Below, in pieces: positions 1 to 8,955 of a DNA stretch of 36,843 nt. This DNA is from Oculatellaceae cyanobacterium bins.114 (lineage in GTDB: Bacteria > Cyanobacteriota > Cyanobacteriia > Elainellales > Elainellaceae): the NCBI GenBank assembly GCA_033764315.1, contig JANRJA010000061.1, positions 1-36,843 on the forward strand, written 5' to 3'. Below the pieces are notes generated by a model, which was given only the letters and a program-made list of their open reading frames with translations, did no database searches and was not told the DNA's origin. The stretch's first letter is position 1; the number at the start of each line of letters is the position of its first letter. The position numbers were made by a program, and so were the translations under genes.

Positions 1-120
1 GACAGAATTCTGTCTATCTTGCCAATTGCGGAGTTAGACAGATTTTATTCTCGAATTAAAAAATAGTGGCAAGACTTCAGCAAATCTTCATAGAGGGTAC
101 GTAAACCGATGCTGTAGTAT

Positions 121-138
121 TTAGTACATGGGTACTAA
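121..138. promoter_or_regulatory. Cyanobacterial LexA (SOS) box
   Basis: TTAGTAC-ATGG-GTACTAA palindrome. Core AGTACATGGGTACT (123-136) fits the cyanobacterial LexA consensus RGTACNNNDGTWCB at every position. Confidence 0.7.
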
Positions 139-300
139 AAACTGTCTTATGATCTCATCTACCGAATCGCGTCCCCAAAAATTACTTGACCTCTAGGTTC
201 ATTTGCAATTGATTAGACGGCAACACCAGCTAGACTTAGCCCACAGCTATTGCGAAGCAGTTTCTACTTTTGGGGGAAATCGCCTGTCTTGTGATTCATA

Positions 301-1400
301 AATAGGACTTACGCAGAGGGAAGAGAAAATAAGGCAGCTCAAAGCCAGGTATGATTCGCTAGAGTCAAGGTATGAAAGACCCTGTAACCCGTTTGGACTA
401 TTGCCAATATCTGCTGGTCAGTCAAATCAACTATACCCTGACCAACTTTGCTGAGCACAGTGAGCGGTTTTCACATGACCAAATCAATCGGTATTTGGCA
501 GGAGAGAAAATTACTCCTCGATTGGTATGGGAGAACGTTGCTAGTCAAGTGATTGCAACAAGCAAAGGGTACGTGGTGTTTGATGACACGGTACTTGATA
601 AGCAACACTCGTTTGCGATTGAGTTAGTCAGGCGACAGTACAGTGGCAACGCTCATGGAGTGATTAAAGGGATTGGAGTGGTGACCTGTGTGTATATCAA
701 TCCAGAACTTGAGCAGTTTTGGTTGATTGACTATCGCATTTATGACCCGGATAGAGAATGGTAAGGGCAAGCTTGACCATGTGCAGGAGATGCTGGGTCA
801 TACGGTCTACCACAAGCAATTGCCGTTTCAAGCAGTGCTGATGGACACCTGGTATGCGACCAAAGACTTGATGTTGTTCGTTGAGTCGTTGAAGAAGGTG
901 TACTACTGCCTTATCAAGGACAATCGCCAAGTGGATGATTCCGGAGAACAAACTCCCTACCAACGAGTCGATATGTTGGATTGAAATCCGACTGAACTCA
1001 AGCAGGGTAAGTTGGTCAAGATTAAAGGCTTTCCCAAAGACCACAAAGTGCAATGTTTCTGGGTTGTGGTGTCTACCCACCGCACGGATTTCGTTGTCGC
1101 CAACGATTTGACTCAAGATTCCACCCAGGCATCACAACAAGCGTGTGGCTCTCGTTGGAAGATTGAGCAATTGCATCGCGAGAGTAAACAGGTCACTGGC
1201 TTAGAGGCTTGCCAATGCCGTAAGGCACGGATTCAACGCAATCATATTGGGTGTGCTTTTCTGGTTTGGGTTAGACTCAATGTCATTGCCCAACAAGCAG
1301 GGCAGACCGTTTATCAACTCAAGCACGGTTTACTCGATGATTACCTATGTCAGCAACCCAAAAATCCATCCCTCAAAATGGCTTTTGCGTAAGTCCTATT
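301..1400 (+). mobile_element. IS701-family insertion sequence (inactivated)
   Basis: Perfect 15-bp terminal inverted repeats AATAGGACTTACGCA (301-315) and TGCGTAAGTCCTATT (1386-1400) enclose a DDE transposase. Exact end versus target duplication is uncertain by 2-4 bp. Confidence 0.9.
372..1392 (+). pseudogene. IS701-family transposase, frameshifted near 750 with an in-frame TGA at 982-984
   Basis: Three ORF pieces (372-764, 727-984, 1012-1392) carry consecutive motifs FDDTVLDK, VLMDTWYA, RWKIEQLHRESKQ and RIQRNHI. Confidence 0.9.
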
Positions 1401-1728
1401 CAGAATATTCAGAAATAGTTAGAATAGCATAAGGACTTACCCATTTCTCATAACTTTCTTGAACGTACTGATCACTCTCATAGTCGTAATTCATGGCGGC
1501 GAACTTAATCCAGCCTGTACTCTCTATTTCGAGTATTTTGATTACTTGTTGACCACCAAGAGAATACACTACTAAATAAATTTCACCTACTTGTAGAAAC
1601 TTGGGTGGTTCAGCAGCATCTGCAGGACGACCGATGATGGGTGGGTTTCCAAGGTTCTGAGCGCAGTTTTGAGCTAGGAGTAATGCAATTAATACAAGTA
1701 CTACTTTAGTGAATCTATCAAACTTCAT
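1396..1728 (-). CDS. Hypothetical small exported or membrane-anchored protein
   Basis: 110-aa ORF with hydrophobic N-terminus (MKFDRFTKVVLVLIALLLAQNCA) and SD-like AGGGAG 6 nt upstream of ATG 1728. AT-rich. Its TAG stop lies inside the IS right repeat. Confidence 0.65.
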   Translation of the reverse strand: MKFDRFTKVVLVLIALLLAQNCAQNLGNPPIIGRPADAAEPPKFLQVGEIYLVVYSLGGQQVIKILEIESTGWIKFAAMNYDYESDQYVQESYEKWVSPYAILTISEYSE

Positions 1729-1874
1729 CTTCAACTCCCTCTTAACGCTTTACATAAGAAAGCGAAGCTAATTATTAACTTCCGGAAAAATTTCCTTATC
1801 GGACATGCTTAGATGGGATCTGGACCAGTTTTGCTGCTTTTAGCCTCTGTTTTATTGGCGATGCAGAGTACTGA

Positions 1875-2531
1875 GAGCAATCGCTCAATCCTCAACTGAC
1901 CCCTAAATATCGAGCAGCGATTGAAAAGCGAGTATATTCAGATTCCTTGCTAGTGGGCATTCCAGATGTCTCAGTTTTTCGGGCAAGTGATGAAGACGCT
2001 CGACCAACGGCAATAACAAGTGTTTTGAGTCAACCGATTTCGGTTAATGTGCCGATGGTTGAGGAAGTACATAAAAGTTATCTGGAGATTCGGCAAATTG
2101 GAACTGGGGTAGTCATCACTGTCATTGAGGTCTTGTCTCCTAAAAACAAGCGTTCCGGCGAGGGGAGAGATCAATATAATCTCAAACGTCAAAAAGTGTT
2201 GAATGGCTTGAGCCATTTTGTGGAGATTGACTTACTGAGAGCGGGAGAACCCCAACCTATCTCTGCCTGTGTGCAGTCAGACTACCGAATTTTAGTCAGC
2301 CGCTCCGATCGCCATCCCCCAGCAAACCTTTATCCCTTTAGTTTGCAAGACTCTATTCCCATATTTCCATTGCCGTTACAAGTTGGAGATCTAGAGCCAA
2401 CCATCAACCTCAATGAAATAGTGGAGCAGGTCTATCAGAAAGCTGCATTAGCATAGGCGATCGATTATGGCAATCAACCCGTTCCTCTTGTACCCCCAGA
2501 AGAGTTTCGGTGGATACAAGGATTACGGTGA
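1875..2531 (+). pseudogene. DUF4058-family protein, 5'-truncated with a premature stop
   Basis: Family-like sequence LNPQLTPKYRAAIEKRVY...GIPDV, IEVLSPKNKR and HFVEIDLLRAG. In-frame TGA at 1872 with no N-terminus. Similarity continues past TAG 2454-2456 (AIDYGNQPVP...W) to TGA 2529-2531. Confidence 0.75.
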
Positions 2532-2542
2532 GATGAAATTTT

Positions 2543-3310
2543 TCAATCAGTGAAAATGTCGTCAGTTGTTGGGTCTTGAATGTGTTCCCAATTGAGATTG
2601 GGCATCTCATCAAAGGCGTGTTTCAAGCATTTCTCCCAAACTTTGCGAATTTCAGCTAAATAAGGGTCGCCAATCCGCAATCGCAGTTGATGTTTAATCT
2701 TAAAACTATGTGCCTCATACATCACCAAGCTGATGGGTGGTCCCACAGAGATGTTAGATTTCATCGTGGAGTCGATCGAGAGAATGGCGCACTTGGCTGC
2801 ATCTTCAAGCGAAGTCTCAAAAGTCAGGGTGCGATCGAGAATGGGTTTGCCATATTTCGTTTCCCCAATTTGTAAAAAGGGCGTATCTGGAGTGGCTTGA
2901 ATGCAGTTGCCCTGGCTATAGACCAGATAGAGTTCAGGGTCTTCGCCTTTAATCTGCCCACCGACAATGCAATTGCAACTGAAATCAATTCCTTCACGCT
3001 CTAACCAGGGGCGGTCTTGTTCCTGAATTTGGCGAATCTTGCTCCCAACATATCGAGCAATATCATAGAATCGTGACAGGGAATGCAGATTGTCTGCCTC
3101 ATTTAGTTTCAGGTCACAGCGCAGCGCATTCAACATCGACTGAGTGATGGAGAGGTTGCCAGAGGTGGTAATAAAGATAATGCGATCGCCCGGTTTGGAG
3201 AAATCAAACAGTTTTTGATAGGTTGAGATGTAGTCTACTCCGGCGTTGGTGCGAGAGTCAGCTGCAATGACGAGACCATATTGAGTAATGATGCCAAGGC
3301 AGTAGGTCAT
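2543..3310 (-). CDS. Anbu proteasome-type Ntn protease
   Basis: Start MTYCLG exposes catalytic Thr1. Motifs DSRTNAGVD, SGNLSITQ, QIGETKYGKPILDR and DSTMKSNISVGPP. ATG 3310 preferred over 3349. Confidence 0.92.
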   Translation of the reverse strand: MTYCLGIITQYGLVIAADSRTNAGVDYISTYQKLFDFSKPGDRIIFITTSGNLSITQSMLNALRCDLKLNEADNLHSLSRFYDIARYVGSKIRQIQEQDRPWLEREGIDFSCNCIVGGQIKGEDPELYLVYSQGNCIQATPDTPFLQIGETKYGKPILDRTLTFETSLEDAAKCAILSIDSTMKSNISVGPPISLVMYEAHSFKIKHQLRLRIGDPYLAEIRKVWEKCLKHAFDEMPNLNWEHIQDPTTDDIFTD

Positions 3311-3512
3311 GGGACGCTGGCGATGTGAAGGATTAAGCATTTCCCGCATTGTACGGTGGCAAGGGTAACTCCCCTATATTCCTCTGGTTAAGACTTTATT
3401 GCATTCGGTTGGTCTTTTGAGAATAGCGATGCGACGTGGCTCTCTTTGGGGTAATCGCCCATCTAGCGTTAGAGTAGATTAGCCCTGTTTGTGATCAGTT
3501 TTTCACCGCTAC

Positions 3513-4328
3513 ATGAGTGCTTCCCCTCCCCAGTATCCAGATGACCCAATTCAGTCCTCAGCGGCATCAGAGTCGCAAGCGGGTTCCACAGACGAACAGG
3601 TATTGTGGGATGAATTAGAGTCAATGGACGTTGGCACCCGCAAAAGTCGGGGCACTCGCTCTCATGGCAGCTCTAAGATCAAAGTCACCAGCCCTGCTCT
3701 GGTCATGGTGGAAACTGCGTTTTTAGCCAGCACTGCTGGGTTGTTGTGGCTTGCTAGCTATTACTTGAGCCTGGTTCCCTGGATGCGGATCTTTTTTCCG
3801 GCCCCGATCGCCCTGGTGTATTTGCGTTGGGGACCGCGTGCTGCTTGGATGTCGGCTTTGGTAACAGGCTTATTACTCTCGGTGCTGATGGGTCCCTATC
3901 TGAGTCTGTTGTTTATCATTCCCTACGGCTTATTAGGGGTGCAGCTAGGAGCCACGTGGCGACGTCGCAGTTCCTGGCTGTTCTCGATGAGTGTTGGCAC
4001 ACTGATCTCGACCTTTGGCTTTTTCTTTCGGATCTGGTTGCTCTCCATTTTTCTCAACGAAGATCTGTGGGCTTATCTCACCAATCGCATTGCTGATCTG
4101 GTGCAATGGGTGCTCACTCGCTTAGTCGATTGGGGCGTATTGGGTATTGGGATTTTGGGACAGGTAAACCTGACTCTGGTTCAGGTTGTTACGATCGCCA
4201 TTGTTTTGTTTAGTGATTTTGTCTACCTCTTCACCGTTCACTTAGCGGCATGGCTGTTGCTGGAACGGTTAGGCAATCCCATTCCTGACCCGCCAGAGTG
4301 GGTGCAGGTGTTGTTAGAGGAGGAATAA
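3513..4328 (+). CDS. DUF2232 (YybS-like) membrane protein
   Basis: Multi-TM ORF with MVETAFLAS...FFPAPIALVYLRWG...LLSVLMGP and C-terminal RLGNPIPDPPEWVQ. Sits in its usual position before cobT. Confidence 0.85.
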   Translation: MSASPPQYPDDPIQSSAASESQAGSTDEQVLWDELESMDVGTRKSRGTRSHGSSKIKVTSPALVMVETAFLASTAGLLWLASYYLSLVPWMRIFFPAPIALVYLRWGPRAAWMSALVTGLLLSVLMGPYLSLLFIIPYGLLGVQLGATWRRRSSWLFSMSVGTLISTFGFFFRIWLLSIFLNEDLWAYLTNRIADLVQWVLTRLVDWGVLGIGILGQVNLTLVQVVTIAIVLFSDFVYLFTVHLAAWLLLERLGNPIPDPPEWVQVLLEEE

Positions 4329-4343
4329 GGATGGAAGGTAAAA

Positions 4344-4434
4344 GAGTTGTGAGTTGTGAGTTGTGAATTGTGAGTTGTGAATTGTGAGTTATGAGTTGTG
4401 AATTGTGAGTTATGAGTTGTGAGTTGTGAATTGG
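4344..4434. repeat. Heptamer tandem repeat (STRR-like), 13 x GA(G/A)TT(G/A)T
   Basis: GAGTTGT, GAATTGT and GAGTTAT units read directly. The last unit is GAATTGG. Confidence 0.95.
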
Positions 4435-4449
4435 GCAAAGAGCAGCAAT

Positions 4450-4599
4450 ATGAATGTGCTCCCTGTTTCTAACTCAAGGCTCAAAATTCAAAACTTAACC
4501 TTAGCAATCAGCATGATTGACCCAATGAACGTGCTCCCTGTTTCTAACTCAAGGCTCAAAATTCAAAACTTAACCTTAGCAATCAGCATGATTGACCCA
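4450..4599. repeat. 75-bp tandem duplication (74/75 identical)
   Basis: 4450-4524 and 4525-4599 differ only at ATGAAT versus ATGAAC. Confidence 0.95.
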
Positions 4600-4630
4600 T
4601 CATAATTAGACCCTTCTTGCTTCCCTCACC

Positions 4631-5752
4631 ATGATTAAGATCTATACCAAACCTGCGTTAAGCCAATTATGGATTGAGCGATTTAAGGGTCAAGATGCGG
4701 TTTTTGCCTGTGTGTTGGGGTTTACTGAAACGGGTTTGCTTCCTGGGATCTCAGCGGCAGGGGCGACTCCTGCCGATCGCCAATTCACCGCGATCGCTGA
4801 TGCTGAGTTTCTCTATCACGGTCCTCAAGCCCATCCTCAATATCCGTTGCCACCGTTAATGGCTGGAGCCTCACCCACGTTGATTTCACGAGCGGTGGTG
4901 GAGGGGCACTCTATACCAACCTACTTATTCAATGCGGGGTTAAAACAGGCTCCGACGGTGCCGACGATCGATTTGGGGGGAATGCCTGCTCGGTGTGTCA
5001 GCCAAGGACATGCCCTAGATTTAGAGGGGGTAGAGCATCTGCTGCAACAAGGGTTGCTGTGGGGCGAAAAACTAGCAAGCCAGGTGCCACAGGGGTATTT
5101 AATCTTAGGGGAATGTGTGGTGGGGGGCACGACAACCGCATTGGCGGTGTTGACCGGGTTGGGCTGGCAAGCGGCTGGCAAGGTCAACAGCAGCCATCCC
5201 AGTTGTAACCACGCTCAAAAATGGGGCATTGTGCAGGCAGGTTTAGCCCGATCGGTTCTGCTGCAATCTGGCAACGCGACGGCTGATCCGCTAAAAGTTG
5301 TTGCAGCGGTGGGGGATCCTATGCAAATCGTCGTTGCAGGCATGGCGATCGCCGCTAGCCGCAGGGTTGGGGTTTTGTTAGCGGGCGGGACGCAAATGCT
5401 GGCGGTGTATGCCTTAATGCAAGCGATCGCTAAAACAAATCCCAAAACAAATAACTATTCCTGGGAGCCTCAACAGGTTGTCGTGGGCACGACCCGCTGG
5501 GTAGCCATTGACCCAACCGGAGACACAGTTGGTTTGGCAAACTTGTTGAGTGCCCCTCTGATTGCCACCCAGCTCAGCTTTGCTGACTCGCGCTATGCCC
5601 AACTTCGCGCCTATGAGCAGGGTTATGTCAAAGAAGGGGTCGGGGCAGGGGGGTGTGCGATCGCTTCTCATCTCAAAGGCTGGAGCCAAGCCGATTTACT
5701 GGATGCGATTGAAGCACTGGCAGATCGAAAGCTCAAATTTGAGCAAGATTAA
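4631..5752 (+). CDS. cobT: Nicotinate mononucleotide-dependent phosphoribosyltransferase CobT (cyanobacterial/archaeal type)
   Basis: Motifs TETGLLPGISAAG, GECVVGGTTTA, LAGGTQMLAV and YEQGYVKEGVGAGG. Confidence 0.9.
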   Translation: MIKIYTKPALSQLWIERFKGQDAVFACVLGFTETGLLPGISAAGATPADRQFTAIADAEFLYHGPQAHPQYPLPPLMAGASPTLISRAVVEGHSIPTYLFNAGLKQAPTVPTIDLGGMPARCVSQGHALDLEGVEHLLQQGLLWGEKLASQVPQGYLILGECVVGGTTTALAVLTGLGWQAAGKVNSSHPSCNHAQKWGIVQAGLARSVLLQSGNATADPLKVVAAVGDPMQIVVAGMAIAASRRVGVLLAGGTQMLAVYALMQAIAKTNPKTNNYSWEPQQVVVGTTRWVAIDPTGDTVGLANLLSAPLIATQLSFADSRYAQLRAYEQGYVKEGVGAGGCAIASHLKGWSQADLLDAIEALADRKLKFEQD

Positions 5753-5990
5753 ACAGAATAAAAGTTTGACGGCTTTCAAGAAATGAGCTGTGAGGAGTCA
5801 GAGAGTATGACAAAACCACCATTCAGGATTAGGGTTTTGGCGGTTGAAGTCGCACTGCTCTAGAACAAAACCAACCTGGGTCAGTTTCTCAACCCGTTGA
5901 TTGTATGTAGTTTGTATCGGTGGATCGGGTTTTGATAGCTGCGAATTGAGTCGTCAGCGATTCACCCATGACCTTACATGTGAACTGACC

Positions 5991-6362
5991 TTACATGTGA
6001 ACCCGTCGAGCTAAAAGCTGTTCTTCTAACGCGGCAATGCGGTTGTAAGCGGCTGTCAACTGGGCTGTTAGACGCTGAATCTGAACTTCAGGAGATAAAG
6101 CCCGTTCACCGCTGTGAGTGTCGCCATCCGTATAACTTGCGTCAGATAATACGTCTTTGTGTTCCATTGCAGCATCATAGCCACCCCGACTATAGGAGCG
6201 TCCTAAGCTATTTGCCGATGCTGAATAGGCATTTCCAGTTGATGGAGTGTTTTGAACTTCAGTTAGGATCGTACCTGCTTTCTCACTGACCTGCTCAATC
6301 AGTTGATACAGTGCGTCAACTTTAATATTCAAGATAGTAATTTGTTCTTGGAGTGAATCCAT
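5991..6362 (-). CDS. Conserved cyanobacterial coiled-coil hypothetical protein
   Basis: 123 aa with heptad-rich N- and C-termini (PEVQIQRLTAQLTAAYNRIAALEEQLL). Confidence 0.8.
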   Translation of the reverse strand: MDSLQEQITILNIKVDALYQLIEQVSEKAGTILTEVQNTPSTGNAYSASANSLGRSYSRGGYDAAMEHKDVLSDASYTDGDTHSGERALSPEVQIQRLTAQLTAAYNRIAALEEQLLARRVHM

Positions 6363-7127
6363 GTGACGCCTTAATTAGGTAGTGATATCTATTCTATATA
6401 TTAGGGAAAGTAATAGGTGTTATTGGCTATATTCCTGAATCATTTAACCTTTGAGTTAGGTTTCAATCATCAAGATTGCGATTTTTGTTACATATTTAAA
6501 TCGTGTTGAAACAGGTTCAAAGTCTGTAAAACCAGCCTTTTGATGATTTCAAATCCTCAGGAGAATTGCTTCTAATCAAGAGGATGTCATGATCTTAGAA
6601 AAATATTTAAATTTCCTGTGTAAGTTTTAAGATTTTTCGACTTGTGAGTGATAGAGGTTGTGAGCTTGAGAGAGTCCAACCGCATTGTGTTGCTTGTGCA
6701 AACGTTTTTTGCGGTTTGTGCATGGGGTTGAGGAATTAAAGAGAACCCAGCCTTTTGTTTGGCAGGATTAAAATGAGCGATCGCCCCCTGAAAGCTAAGC
6801 TCAAACATTAAAACATTCTGCAAAAGAGCAGATTTTATCAATAACAACTGCGATCCCTAGGGAGCACATTTTGCTGCCATCGATACCGTTTTTGAGATGG
6901 GTGCAATTGAGGCTATTCTGAGGCAGGGGCAATGCAAAGCCCTTCTCTAGATGGGACGACTGCTTATAATCAGGTTGTAGTGATCAATTTGTAGTGATCA
7001 ATGGGTTGGGCAGAGTTGGATTGTCACCGTAAGCAGGTTGTCACCTGCAAACCGTTGGCGATGAGTCAACCATCCCCCGTAATTGATGGCGATCTTTGGT
7101 GTAGAGCGTAAACAATAAGGATGTGGA

Positions 7128-8309
7128 ATGAGTTTAAAGCGGCGATCGCTGTTGTTGGGGTTGGGTGCATTGACACTCAGTTCGCTGTTGCCCAGTTGCC
7201 GTTCTCAAACATCGCCAACGCTACGGATTCAGATGTTAGAGAACTCCATTCCTGTGCAGTTGTTCAAGCAGTTTCAACGACAGTTAAAACAGCGCATGGC
7301 ATTGGATGTGGTGCCTCAGCCCCAACTTGCTCAGTTATATGAGCTGTTGTTGACTTGGAAAAAATCTCAAACGCCGGATCAAACGGGTGGATTGCCCAGT
7401 TGGGTGCCGCTGGTTGGTACTAAACCGCCTCCAGAGGTGGTCGATCTGCTCACATTGGGTGACTATTGGCTGACAACTGCGATCGCTCAAGGGTTGGTTG
7501 CTCCCTTTGCAGTCGATGAACTGAAGGGTTTGCAACAACTAGATGCCAAATTTCAAGACATTGTGCGGCGCGATGATCAGGGGCAACTCGACCCTAATGG
7601 CAAGCTTTGGGCGGCTCCTTATCGCTGGGGCACAACAATGATCGCCTATCGCACGCAGGAGTTTGAGACGTTGGGCGGACAGCCAACCGACTGGAGTGAT
7701 CTGTGGCGGCCAGAATTGCAGGGACGGATTTCGGTGCTCGATAGCCCTAGAGAGACCATTGGCTTGGTGCTCAAAGAGTTGGGGCGATCGGTCAACAGCG
7801 ATCGCCTGGATGACGCCGTTGAGTCTCAGCTCACCGCGTTGCACCGTCAGGTCAAGTTCTACAGTTCTAACGCCTATATAGAGCCGCTCTTGCTAGGAGA
7901 TACCTGGGCGGCGGTGGGGTGGTCTACTGATATTTTGCCCATGGTGGCAGGCGATCGCCGGATTGCGGCGGTTGTCCCTGCGTCAGGTACGATTCTCTCG
8001 GCTGATCTGTGGGTGCGTCCTGTGGGTGCGGCGAGTGGAAGCAGTGCCACAGAGCCTTCTCTGGTGTCTCAATGGATTGACTTTTGTTGGCAACCCGATA
8101 CAGCGATTCAACTGGCTCTGCTGGGTTCATCGGCCTCTCCTCAACTGGCAAGGGTGAATCGAAACACCTTACCCGAACCGTTGCAAAAAAATACTGCTTT
8201 GTTGCCGTCAATCGACATTGTAGAGAACAGCGAATTTTTGCAACCCCTGTCATCAGCCACCCTAGAACGCTATCGTCAACTGTGGGCTAACGTCCGCCAA
8301 ACGGGCTAG
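7128..8309 (+). CDS. PotD/PotF-like extracellular solute-binding lipoprotein
   Basis: Twin-Arg/lipoprotein-like signal (KRRSLLLG...LPSC). Motifs PYRWGTTMIAY, PTDWSDLW, LDSPRETIG and AAVGWS. No cognate permease genes adjacent. Confidence 0.88.
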   Translation: MSLKRRSLLLGLGALTLSSLLPSCRSQTSPTLRIQMLENSIPVQLFKQFQRQLKQRMALDVVPQPQLAQLYELLLTWKKSQTPDQTGGLPSWVPLVGTKPPPEVVDLLTLGDYWLTTAIAQGLVAPFAVDELKGLQQLDAKFQDIVRRDDQGQLDPNGKLWAAPYRWGTTMIAYRTQEFETLGGQPTDWSDLWRPELQGRISVLDSPRETIGLVLKELGRSVNSDRLDDAVESQLTALHRQVKFYSSNAYIEPLLLGDTWAAVGWSTDILPMVAGDRRIAAVVPASGTILSADLWVRPVGAASGSSATEPSLVSQWIDFCWQPDTAIQLALLGSSASPQLARVNRNTLPEPLQKNTALLPSIDIVENSEFLQPLSSATLERYRQLWANVRQTG

Positions 8310-8955
8310 GGTCTACTCTGGGTGCGCCGCCTGATTCGGCGTCTTCTCGGCAGTAGTCGATTCGTTGTGGGGCGTCTGTTTGGGGTCGCGAAATCACGGT
8401 TTCTAGCGATTCACAGATATAAAACGTGATCTCGCAAGGGGGTGCGCTAGAGGGCTGTGTCTCGGTGATTGAGGTTGAGGTGTTGGGTTGGCAGGTGTAA
8501 GCCGCGAGTAATTCGCGATCGCGATTAAAGATCCGAGTGTTAAACCCATAATCCCAGGCGGCAGTACCCATGTGAGTGATAAAGCCATATCGCTCAAAAT
8601 AGTTGTAAAGGCTCCACACTTGTTGATTGACGACTAAATCGACTCGTCGCAAATTGCCATCTCCGCCGGAATAGGCAAGCCAGTTGTTAACCAATTTCCC
8701 CCCAAACTGTTCTTGTGCCCACCACAGGCTAGGTGGGGTAAGGTGCGTTTGTGAGATGGTGTCATTGCGAATAATGGAGCCATCGTTGGGTAAGACCGCA
8801 TCGGGCGACAAGAGAGCTAGATCTAGCTCAACGCTGAGTGGATCGGTCATCAAAACAGGTTGTTGTTGAGCGGGGGTAGCTGAGACGCCAGTCAACATCA
8901 ACCCCACGCTTGTGCCTATTGCGATCGCCCATCGATGTCTATGAAACCTAATCAT
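8287..8955 (-). CDS. Hypothetical exported protein (PSLWW motif)
   Basis: Signal-peptide-like N-terminus and core TISQTHLTPPSLWW...RVDLVVNQQVWS. Start overlaps the EamA stop. Confidence 0.75.
   Translation of the reverse strand: MIRFHRHRWAIAIGTSVGLMLTGVSATPAQQQPVLMTDPLSVELDLALLSPDAVLPNDGSIIRNDTISQTHLTPPSLWWAQEQFGGKLVNNWLAYSGGDGNLRRVDLVVNQQVWSLYNYFERYGFITHMGTAAWDYGFNTRIFNRDRELLAAYTCQPNTSTSITETQPSSAPPCEITFYICESLETVISRPQTDAPQRIDYCREDAESGGAPRVDPSPFGGR

Noticed and set aside
4238..4438. ORF MPNSQLTTHNS... (minus strand)
   Set aside because: Translation artefact of the heptamer array, antisense to DUF2232.
4344..4599. Possible CRISPR array or cobalamin riboswitch upstream of cobT
   Set aside because: Repeats are contiguous with no spacers, no cas genes are present, and I could not recognise a B12 box.
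6587..6847. 86-aa ORF in the long spacer
   Set aside because: Non-ATG start, no recognisable motif or RBS.
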